A DNA stretch of 64,000 bases, from NCBI RefSeq assembly GCF_006345805.1, contig NC_043006.1, positions 89,156,001 through 89,220,000 of the forward strand. Direction: 5' to 3'. Below, one piece after another: positions 11,205-22,998 of the stretch; within the stretch, counting starts at the first letter, position 1; each line of letters opens with the position of its first letter. The position numbers and the translations under genes were made by a program. This DNA is from Octopus sinensis. Lineage: Eukaryota. The notes under the pieces are model-generated. The model was not told the origin of the DNA and made no database searches. It was given only the letters and a program-made list of their open reading frames with translations.

Positions 11205-14200
11205 ATATTTATAATAAGATTGGATCGTATACAAGTGGGTATATATTTGTAAAAAGAAGTTTGAAAATGCCACTATATTAGATAAATTTTAATTTTTACG
11301 TTTCGGTTCTTGAAATAACGAACCTTATCAAAAAGAATTTTTTTATAATAAAGAGTATAATGGAATAGTTCATAATTGTTTCATACATTCAATAGAATCC
11401 ATGCTATATACATAAAAAGTATAATGGAACAGTTCATAATTGTTACATACATTCAATAGAGTCCATGCTATATACATTCAATAGAATCCATGTTCTTGAA
11501 AAGGCAAAAAATATATTATAAGGTGTAAGTCGTTCCTTACTGTAGTGCAGGAGTTCATTATAGATTTTACTTTGTGTTCCGATGGGAGCAACAGTAGTGA
11601 TTCTTGGTTGACGACAGTTAGCGTAATTTTGGTAACCTTGTGATTGTTGTGTTTATATCAGTTAAGTTGTGGCTGTAGTAGCTGTGGTCTCTGGTACTGT
11701 TCACTGACGTCATATAATTCCAAACCAATTAAAGCCAAGCTTCAACGATTATAAGTAAAAGACCCCCAACTGTATCCTGTTTAGGAAACCAGCCAAGCAG
11801 AATGACAAGTTTGACCACAGAAGAAAAACGTCATCAATTTTTTAGCGAATCAAAATTAGATCTGACCCGTAATTGTATCCTGTTAGGTGGCTAGTTTGAC
11901 CACAGAAGAAAAACGTCATCAATTTTTTAGCGAATTAAAGTCAGATCTGACCCATAATTGTATCCTGGTTAGTTTGACCACGGAATAAAAACATCATCAA
12001 TTTTTTAACGAATCAGAATTAGACCTGACCCATAACTGTATCTTGTAGGGAAACCAATCAAGCATGGCGACAAGCTTGACCACTGGGGTAAAACGTCATC
12101 AATTTTTTGACTAATCAAAATCAGATCTGTTCGCAGAGAAAAAAAATTCTTTTTATAAATTTTTCCTTCCCTAAGCCATACCACTGCCAGCGGGAGTGAC
12201 TGTTTAAGGATCTGAGAAATTGTAATTACCCCACCTCCACTATTTTAATTCTCTCACTGTGGCCGTAGTAACAGTGACCACGGTGGTTGTAGTAGTGGTA
12301 GTGTTAGTGGGAGCAGTCATAGTGGTTGTGGTAGAGTTTCGTTTTTTCTTTTTCGGAAGACCAATGTTTTGTTTTAATATTCCTGGCCCAGGGTGTTCAA
12401 ACTTGGTCTAAATTTTTTGATGAAATAAAGTTCTTTATTTTGGCGTTGCGTGAAGGTTACGCTGTCACTGAATTTATAAAGTGGGTAAGTTGTAAATTTC
12501 GGATTTTCATTTGCAGCGCATCTATCTATGTGTCCGCTTACCGGTATTCAGGGTTTCTAATTTGTGATTTATGCACCGCCATCCTGTTACGTAAGCTATT
12601 TTTTGTATGGCCTATATATTGCCTATTGCAGCCTGTGCATGTTAAGATGTAAATTAAGTTTTCTGATGCACAGGTGAAGTTTGTTCTAATGGTGAACTGA
12701 TGGCCTTGTTCTAGTATAAATTCTGAACCTTCTACTAAGATGACACAGATTCCGCAGTCGGGCCTTCCACATTTTCTAACTGCTGGTTTTGTGGTTGATG
12801 TTGGGTGCAGTTTAGCTTGGGTTAAAATCCTTTTCAAGGATTTTGGTTGCCGTTTACTTTTAATGATGGTGTGTGTTTCGAAGATCCGGTTCATCTTTGG
12901 GTCTCCCTTTAGTAGGGCTGTGCTTTGTAGTATGGTGCTGAAGGCCTCATTGTTAAGTGGGTTGTGTGTAGAGATGTAGAGAAGGGTTTTTAATTGTTCT
13001 TTCTATTTTGGTTTTGTTTGTCTCAGGTCTTCTATACTTAATTTAAGCGCCCGTTGGATTGCACTGTCTATTAGGGGCTGTGGATAGTTTCTATTTGTGA
13101 GTGTGGTTCTAAGTTCCTGGAGACATGTGTGTCGGGTGTTTGTGTCTGATATTATGGTGCAAATCCTTCTAGCTAGACAAAAAGGGACATTTATTCTAGT
13201 GTGTCGTGGGTGGCATGAATCAAAGGGTAGGTACTGTTTGGAGTCTGTCGGTTTATAATAGATATCTGTCTCTATTTTGTTGCCGGTTTTCTTAATGAGG
13301 ATGTCTAAAAATGGTAATTCTTTTTCGTTATGATCCATTGTGAATTGTATATTATCATTTATTCCATTTAATAGTATTTTAAATTCCTCAAGTTTCTCTA
13401 TACTTTTATCCCAGATGATGAAACAGTCGTCCAGGTATCTTTTCCAGTTGTTCTGGATGTAGGTGGAGAAGGTGTTTCCATATTTCTCAAGTGTTATCTG
13501 GTAGAGTATTTCCTCGAGGTATCCCATCACTAGGTTGGCAAAAGAAGGCGCAGTACGCGTGCCCATCGCTGTTCCCAATCTTTGTCTGTAGAAATTATTG
13601 TCAAAAATAAAGTAATTGTTTTCTAAAATAAATCTAAGTCCTTCTATTATGAGATCTTTGTTTATGCGAGTTGGGAGTTCAAAGGAGTAGTTATTCAGTC
13701 AGAAGGTGATCGCTTCTATTCCTAGGGTGTGAGGGATGTTAGAATAAAGGTTAACTACGTCGAAGGATACTAGAAGGGTTTTCTCATTGACTGTTTTAGG
13801 GAGGTGGTTGAGCATGTCTATATCATCTCTTACGTAGCTTTTGATGTGTTTTAGGAAAGGTTTAAGAAGTGTGTCTAAGATTTCTTAGACACACTTCTTA
13901 CATGCTGGCCCTGCTATTATCGGTCTAAGTTTAAGATCACTTGGTGAAGGGATTTTGATGAGTATATCGGTAGATGTTTTGCATGTTTCTCTAATTATTT
14001 GGCTTTTGTGAACTTTAGGGATACCATAGAACAAACTCGATTTGCACTTGAAGTTAGTAATGTATTCATACTCCTTGTCCATGAGTCCTTCTCAGTATGT
14101 GTTGATTAGTGTCCTAAGGTTAAACATTATTTTTTGCTGATTATACTGTTGGGCCCTTTCATAATACGTTTCATCTCTTAATAGGGATAGCACTAAATTT

Positions 14201-15350
14201 TTATAATCGTTTGTATTCATTACTGCTATCGCGTTGCCCTTGTCTGCCTCCTTAATTGTTATTGCTTTGTCTTCTCTTATTTTGATGAGGTTGTTCCATT
14301 CTCTTTTGTTAAAGTTAGGGCTGTGTTTTTGTTTCTTGGTGAATTGAAACGGGAAATTAGTTATGTAGTCACAATAGCGGTCTCGGGCTTTATTCTTTCC
14401 CTTGGTAGGGATGTAATTGCTCTTGTTTCTAGCTATTGATTCCTCATTTATTTGTTTGCCATGAAATTCCTCGGTAAGTCTTAGTTTCCTACCAAATTCC
14501 GAAATATCATCTTTCATTTCATAGTAATTAGAACGTTGTGGGACCCTGTAAGTGTTTTGGAGTTGGTGTAGGTAGTGTGGTGTGTGTTTTAAATGTATTT
14601 TTCTGGTGTAGAGTGTGTTTGGATTTCTTGGTGGTTGTTCCGTTCTGTTGGTATTTGGTTTTGTTTTAGTTAATTTTATGAAGGGGTTGTTGGATATGTG
14701 TTCATCTTTGAAGTTGGTTTCATAATCCAAGAACCAGATGGCGCTCTTTTCCCATCGTTGGAGGGACTTGAGTTCCTCTTTTTCACATTCTTTTTTCCAT
14801 AGTGCTAGTAATGTTTCAGTATTGATGTCGTCTATTAGTTTGATGACTTCTTCGTTGATTTCCTCATCTATGGTTTTTACTTTTTCTTCATTCGTCTTAG
14901 CTCTCAGCTTAAGTAGTTCTATTTCCATCTTCATTTTTTCTAATGACATTTTTTCTCTAAGTCTTCTTTGTTCTTCTGGTTCTTCCAAGATGGGTTTAAT
15001 TTGTAATTTGCGGGGTATGATTAGGGGTGTTGAGTTAAGCCACTTTTGGTAAATCTCTGCTTTATTCTGATTTTGTATCATTTTCCAAAAAGCGAATTTT
15101 CTGTTTCGCTGTAGTGTTCTCCATTGGGGTAGGACTTGGTTCTTTATTTGTAATGTTGAAGTTATTCGGTTCTTCTCATGTGGTCCTTCTTTTTGTTGCT
15201 CTTGTTTCGTAAAGTTTGTGAAGAATGTCTTTATTGTATCGCATAGATTTTCAAGGTTCTCGTATATTTCAGAGGGTGTTTTATTCGATTCGGTTTCCTC
15301 GTTAGTTTGTGTAGTAGGTCGAGATGTTGAGTTGAGTTTGTTTAACACTG
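11205..15350 (-). mobile_element. Penelope-like element PLE1 (N-terminal domain + RT + GIY-YIG), disrupted
   Basis: ORF pieces 14092-15348, 13885-14082, 13003-13578 (GTAMGTRTAPSFANL, KRYLDDCFIIW, LPFLDI, YYKPTD) and 12538-12894 (NLIYILTCTGCNRQYIGHT, GIY-YIG). Broken by stops, frameshifts and a fold-back. Confidence 0.92.
11765..12130. repeat. Four imperfect tandem units (about 78-104 bp) in the PLE1 3' region
   Basis: Recurring TTGACCAC...AAAACGTCATCAATTTTTT...AGATCTGACCC...TGTATC. Confidence 0.85.
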
Positions 15351-15359
15351 CTGTTATAT

Positions 15360-15770
15360 ATGTATATATATATATATATACAGTAAATTGTAGTTATATT
15401 AATTAATTTTACTATATGGTGATTGGAGTATATTTTATCGTAGTTAATTCTAAATTTTAGTTTTCTAATGAATGATATTCTAGTGTATAGTGTTTTTTTT
15501 TTCTCTCTTAGAGATTTTATTCTCTTTTTCTATTAAAGCTAAAATATATTTTTAGTTTTCATTGATAAAATATATATTTCCATCTGGTTGTTCTATTTCT
15601 TTAAGCAACGTAATTTCACGAGTAATTTATAAACGCTAAATAAGATGTTTTTCGTTTTTAAATTTTTTTAGTTAATAGCCTTTTGGAGAAATAAGTAAAC
15701 TTTTTTATTTAAAAAAAATTATTGTACTCTTTATAAATATTGATTGTTAAATATGAATTTATAATGTTTT
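15360..15770 (+). repeat. About 400-bp AT-rich block, duplicated directly at 16742-17128
   Basis: Both copies begin TATATATACAGTAAATTGTAG and end ATAATGTTTTTA; they differ by a small indel. Confidence 0.85.
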
Positions 15771-16009
15771 TATTTGTTAATAATATAAATTATTATGTAC
15801 ATTTATTTAATTATTATTATTTTATAATTATTATATCTGAATGTAAATTTAAAGATATTAGTTGGTCACTTGGGGATCTAGATCGTAAAAATATTTTGAT
15901 TTAACAATAAGTTTCTTATTATATTTCAAGTCATATCATATTTCTAGTACTACTACATTTAATAATAATAGTAATAAGTATTTTATAAAGGTAGGTTATA
16001 AGTTTTTTT

Positions 16010-19000
16010 TACACACACACACACTCACACATACACACACAAACACACACATAGACACACACACAAACACACACGTAGACACACACACATAGACACACAC
16101 ACATAGACAAACAGACACACACACATGAAAAAGACACACACACAGATACAGACACACATAGACATACATACATACACACATAGACAAACAGACACACACA
16201 GATACAAACACACAAACATACACACACACACATACACACACACACATACACACACACACATAGATGCATATACACACACACATAGACACATACATACACA
16301 CACATGCACATACACACACACATAGACACACACATAGACACATACATACACACACATGCACACACACATATACATAGACACATGAACACATACACACACA
16401 TACATACACACATACATAGACACATACACAGACACACACATGTATACATATACAGACACACGCCCATACACACACATACATAGACACACACACATGCACA
16501 CAGACACACACATAGACACATACATACACACACATAACATAGACTCATACATACAGAGACACACACACACATAGACACACACACATGCACACATGCATAC
16601 ACACACATATGCACACAATAGATACACACAGATACAGACACACATGCATACACACAAACACATACACACAGACACAAACGCATACATACACACACACAAA
16701 CAGACACATACAGATACATACATAGACACACACACACATATATATATACAGTAAATTGTAGTTATATTAATTAATTTTACTATATGGTGATTAGAGTTAA
16801 TTCTAAATTTTAGTTTTCTAATGAATGATATTCTAGTGTATAGTGTTTTTTTTTTCTCTCTTCGAGATTTTATTCTCTTTTTCTTTCTATTAAAGCTAAA
16901 ATATATTTTTAGTTTTCATTGATAAAATATATATTTCCATCTAGTTGTTCTATTTCTTTAAGCAACGTAATTTCACGAGTAATTTATAAACGCTAAATAA
17001 GATGTTTTTCGTTTTGAAATTTTTTCAGTTAATAGCCTTTTGGAGAGATAAGTAAACTTTTTTATTTAAAAAAAATTATTGTACTCTTTATAAATATTGA
17101 TTGTTAAATATGAATTTATAATGTTTTTATACACACATATACACACATACATAGGCACATGCGTGCACATACATGAACAAAGACACACATAGACACACAT
17201 ACACATAGACACATACATACACAGAAACACACTCACACATACGCACATGTGTGTGTGTTTGTCTATGTATGTGTGTGTCTATGTGTGTGTGTATGTGTAT
17301 GTATGTGTGTGCATGTGAGTATGTGTGTGTTTGTGTATGTGTGTTTGTCTATATATGTGTGTATGTCTGTGTGTGTCTATGTCTGTGTGCATGTGTATGT
17401 CTATGTGTGTGCGTATGTGTTTGTGCATGTGTGTGTGTATGTATGTGTATGTGTGTGTGTGTATGTGAGTGTGTATATGTGTATATGTATGTATGTGAGT
17501 GTGTGTATATGTGTGTGTATGTATGTGAGTATGTGAGTGGGTCTATGTGCGTGTGTGTATATGTATGTATGTGTGTTTGTGTGTGTGTGTGTATGTGTGC
17601 ATGTGTCTATGTGTTTGTGTGTATGTGAGTGTGTGTGTGTATATGTGTATGTATGTCTGTGTGTGTGCATGTGTGTATGTGTGTGAGTGTGTGTAAGTAT
17701 GTGTGTTTGAGTATGTGAGTGGGTCTATGTGTGTGTGTATATGTATGTATGTGTGTGTTTGTGTATGCATGCGTGTATGTCTATGTTTGTGTGTGTGTGT
17801 ATGTGTGTGCATGTGTGTGTCTGTGTATGTGTGCATGTGTCTGTGTGTATGTATGCATGTGTTTGTGTATATGAGTGTGTGTATATGTGTGTGTATGTCT
17901 GTGTGTGTGCATGTGTGTATGTGTAAGTATGTGTGTTTGAGTATGTGTATGTGAGTTTGTGTGCATGTGTGTGTGTGTGTATATGTATGTATGTGTGTGT
18001 TTGTGTATGTGTTTGTCTATGTATATGTGTGTTTGTGCATGTATGTGTATGTGTCTATGTTTGTGTGTGTATGTGTGTATGTCTATGTTTGTGTGTGTGT
18101 GTCTGTGTATGTGTGTATGTGTGCATGTGTTTGTGTGTATGTATGCATGTATTTGTGTGTATGTGAGTGTGTGTATATGTGTGTGTATGTATGAGTATGT
18201 CTGTGTGTGTGTGTATGTGTGTGAGTGTTTGTAAGTATGTGTGTTTGAGTATGTGTTTGTGCATGCATGTGTGTATGTCTATGTGTCTATGTTTGTGTGT
18301 GTGTATGTGTGTATGTCTATGTTTGTGTGTGTGTGTCTATGTGTGTGTGTATATGTGTGTGTGTGCATGTGTGTGTGCATGTGTGTGTCTATGTGTCTGT
18401 GCATGTGTGTGTGTGTTTGTGTATGTGTGTGTCTATGCTCATGTGTGTGTGCATGTGTCTATGTGTTTGTGTATGTCTGTGTGTGTGCATGTATGTGTGT
18501 ATGAGTGTGTGTATGTGTATGTGTGTATGTCTGTGCATGTGTGTGTATGTGTGTGAATGTGTGTGCGTATGTGGTGTGTGTATGTGTGTGTACATGTATG
18601 TGTGTGTGTCTATGTGTGCGTGTATGTGTGTGCATGTGTGTGTGTGTGTGCGTGTGTGTCTAAGTGTGTGTGCATGTATGTATCTATGTGTGTGTGTCTA
18701 TGTGTCTGTATGTGTGTGTATGTCTGTTTGTGTGTATGTGTGTGTGCATGTGTGTGTGTATATGTATGTATGTGTATTTGTGTGTATGTATGTGTGTGTG
18801 TCTGTGTGTGTGCTTGTGTGTGTGTGTATATATGTGTATGTGGAGTGTGTATATGCGCATGGCTGTGTGTGTGTGCATGTGTATGTATGTGTGTGTGTGC
18901 ATGCATGTGTGTCTATGTATGAGTGTGTGCATGTGTGTGTGTGTGTGTGTATGTGGTGTATGTACATGTATGTGTGTATTTGTCTATGTATGTGTGTGTT

Positions 19001-19735
19001 TGTCTATGTATGTGTGTGCATGCATGTGTGATGCGTGTGCATGTGTGTGTCTATGTATGTGTATGTGTATGTCTGTGTATGTGGTGTGTGTGTGTGTGTG
19101 CATCTGTATGTCTGTGTATCTGTGTGTGCATGTGTGTGTGTATGTGTGTATGTGGTGTGTGTGTGTGTGCATCTGTGTGTCTGTGTGTGTATGTGTGTGT
19201 TTGTATGTGTGTGTATATCTGTGTATGTGTGAGTGTCTGTGTGTGTGTATGCGGTGTGTGTGTATGCGGTGTGTGTATGTAATGTGTGTCTCTCTGTGTG
19301 TATGTGTGTGTGTATGCATGTGTATGTCTGTGTGTGTGTGTGCATATCTGTGTATTTGTTTGTATATCTGTATGTGTGTGTGTCTGTGTGTGTATGTGGT
19401 GTGTGTTTGTATGTGTGTCTGTGTGTATGTGTGTGTGTCTGTGTGTATGTGTTTGTGTGTATATGTGTGTGTATTTGTATGTGTGTGTCTATGTGTGTAT
19501 GTGTGTTTGTGTATGTCTTTGTATGTGTGTGTATGTGTTTATGTCTGTGTGTGTGTGTATGTGTGTGTAGTGTGTGTTTCTCTGTGTGTGTGTATGTGTG
19601 TGTGTATGTATGTGTGTGTGTATGTATGTGCGTGTGTATGTATGTGCGTGTGTGTGTATGTGTGTGTGTATCTGTGTGTATGTGTATGTATGTTTATGTA
19701 TGTGTGTGTGCATGTGTATGTATGTATGTATGTTT
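16010..19735. repeat. Degenerate (CA)-rich then (TG)-rich satellite, switching strand at about 17246
   Basis: CA-type units at 16010-16740 and 17130-17245, TG-type units at 17249-19735. The CV/HT-rich ORFs are artefacts. Confidence 0.95.
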
Positions 19736-21284
19736 AGACCCTTTAGAATTGGAATTTTTGAAAAGTAAAAATTTGGAAGTATGTAATTTGTTATTCTCTT
19801 TAAGTGAAATACACCGAAAAATGGCGACACAGCAGTCAGAACATCCTAAAAAATACGGATTTTCATTGAAAAAAGGCACTACTACAACATCAACAACAGC
19901 AGCAGCAGCACAGAGAGATAGAGAGGCAACCGAGAGGCACGGCACAACTGGCTTACATTTAACAACTAGTTTATATGACAATCAATTGTTACAACATCAA
20001 ATACATTTCAGATACATTTAAAAGAGGACATGCACGTGATAACTCAATACATCATACAGGTATACCACAGATCAAAGCATTTAAAGGAAACAACAAATCA
20101 ATACAGGTATAACAACACATCAAGTTCAATACATCAGCATTTCAAAGGTACACGTCCGAAGACACAGTTCTTTTTCAAAACACATCAACAAGTCATATAC
20201 AGTTCAAAGGACATTACAGGCCTAACAGTTCAATGTTCATTATACAATGTTCAAATCACAACACTGTACACAATGTCTTTACACAATTCACATTGTTCTT
20301 TTCACTGTTCAATACATCAATTCCTTGTCCTTCTTTTTCTTCACATATCAATACACAATTCACGTACCTTACATTAGCCAACGCCTCATATTGTACTTCA
20401 TCTCCATCGCCACCTATTCCTCTGTACATATCTCTCTCTGTCCCAATACTCCAAGACCGCCGAATCCTTAAATTCCAACTGCTCGCCTCGACTCCCAAAA
20501 ACCGACTGCTCGCTTTGACGACCGAATACCGACTGTTCTTTATCACTACCCTCAATCTGTCTCTGCACACTAATATCCTCTCTATCTGCTCTCAGCCCTA
20601 TCTGCCTATCTCTATCGGTGCTGCTGCTGTCATTCTCTCATGACAGCTCTCAGATCCCTTACTCTGTCTTTCTCACTACTTCCTTCTTCCTCTTCTTCAC
20701 TGTCACTAGATTCTTCCTTACTCTATCTTCCTCGGCCCTCACATCTTTCTGACTCCTAATCGACCGGCACAAGGCCAAAGGTCCCTCCTTCCAGTAAACA
20801 AAGGGCTGTAGCTTTTTATTCCAGACTTGCAGGCGCCACTCCCAACAAAGTGGGTCAAGAAATACTGCACCAGCCGAACCATAACAATATATATATATAT
20901 TAATACGAAAAACCCTCGAGGCTACAACCCGAAAATTCATTTCTTTGCCTAATTTCTACAATGTTTACGGCGATTCGTTTTTATATCTTGATTTTTTAAT
21001 TTTCATGCAATTTATGCATGCGTGGTGAACACAGTTCACGTCAAACAGCTGACTGAGTAAAGTTCACTATTCAATGCATGGGATAAGGCCTAAACAAATA
21101 CATTATCGAGTTTTGCACTTGCAAGACAAATTTCGGAACAGAATAGCGCAGTTCAATTTTCATTCGCCTAAACTTTAAGTGGCCCATTTTTGGTGGTTCT
21201 ATGATTTGTTGGCTAGGAGGAGATGTGCCAGGAAGTTAAACACACAGACACACACACAGATACACACACAGACACACAAGTTGA

Positions 21285-21338
<54 letters not shown>

Positions 21339-21544
21339 TGAAATAGAAAGATGAATAATCTTGTGGCAGATTAATCAAAAGTTTAACCGATACCTTGGTA
21401 GCAAAAATCACAGCAGAAGACAGCACGGTTGGAGGTACAACCATATGGTGTTGCAACCGTGCGTTGGTGCGGATAATTGAATTTGGTGCGGATAAATTCA
21501 ATTCACTAATAATATATATATATATATATATATATCTAAAAAGC

Positions 21545-21715
21545 ACCCACTACACTCTCGGAGTGGGTGGCATTAGGAAGGGCTTCGAGCTGTAGAAACT
21601 CAACCAGATCAAGATTGGAGCCTGGTGCAGCCATCTAGTTCGCCAGCCCTCAGTCAATATTGTCCAATCCATGCTAGCATGGAAAGCGGACGTTAAACGA
21701 TAATGATAATGTATG
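21545..21715 (+). mobile_element. RTE-tailed short element (family C)
   Basis: CTCGGAGTGGGTGGCATTAGGAAGGGC...CCATGCTAGCATGGAAAGCGGACGTTAAACGATAATGAT. Confidence 0.8.
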
Positions 21716-21779
21716 TATATATATATATATATACATACATACATGTATGTATATATACATATATATATGCATATGTGTA

Positions 21780-22940
21780 CACAGAAAATTCGCATTTTGG
21801 AAAATGATACAAAATCAGAATACAGCAGAGATTTACCAAAAGTGGCTTAACTCAACACCCCTAATCGCACCTCGCAAATTACAAATAAAACCCATCCTGG
21901 AAGAACCAGAAGAAGAACCCAAGCTAAACTGCACCCAACAACAACCACAAAATCAGCAGTTAAAAAGTGTGGAAAGCCCAACTACGGAATCTGTGTCATC
22001 TTAGTAGAAGGTTCAGAATACACATTAAAACAAGGCCATCATTTTACCATCAGAACAAACTTCACCTGTGCATCAGAAAAGTTAATTTATGAGTTAACAT
22101 GCGCAGGGTGCAATAGGCAATATATAGGCCATACAAAAAATAGCCTACGAAAAAGGATGGCAGTACATAATTCCCAAATTAGGAATCCTGAATACAGGAA
22201 AATACCTGTCAGTGGCCACATAAATAGATGCGCTTCAAATAAAAATCCCAAATTCACAACTTTCCCTCTTTACCAATTCAGTAACGACATAACCTTCACT
22301 CAATTTCAAAATAAAGAACTCTATTTCATTATAAACTTCGGACCAAGTTTAAACACCCTGGGCCAGGAACATTAAAACAATATATTGGTCTTCCGAAAAG
22401 ATAAATGGTATTCTACCACTACCACTACGATCACCACCACCATCACCACCTCCACCACTACTACTAATACTACTACTACTACTACTACAACCACCACGGT
22501 CACTACTATTACTACTATGATCAATGGTCTTCCACTGCTGCTACTGCTACCACTACAGCCAATGAACTGCTACCACAACTCCATCCACTGCTGCTGCTAC
22601 TACTACAGCCAATGAACTGCTGCAACTCCAACCACCACCACCACCACCATGGTTAGTACTACTACGACCAACAGTCACTACTGTTACTGCTATTTTGGCC
22701 ATTGGTCATTTCCCAACTTTAGTCAACACACAAGACAGCTATTATGCACTCCAAATCAAAAAACCACCACGTGGATTCTGTTGAGACTAGTAAGAAACTT
22801 ATGAACTTTTTTATTACACTTAAATTTTAAAAATATTTTTAATAATGTTCGTTTTTTCAAGAACAACCGAAACATGTAAAATTTCTAAGAAAATTAAAAT
22901 TTATCTTATATAGTGGCGTTTTCAAACTTCTTTTTTATAA
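21780..22940 (+). mobile_element. Internally deleted PLE1-family copy (PLE2), inverted relative to PLE1
   Basis: RKFAFWKMIQNQN...ILEEPEE is joined directly to the GIY-YIG region (AACCCAAGCTAAACTGCACCC), followed by the same 3' flank as 11200-12360. Confidence 0.88.
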
Positions 22941-22998
<58 letters not shown>

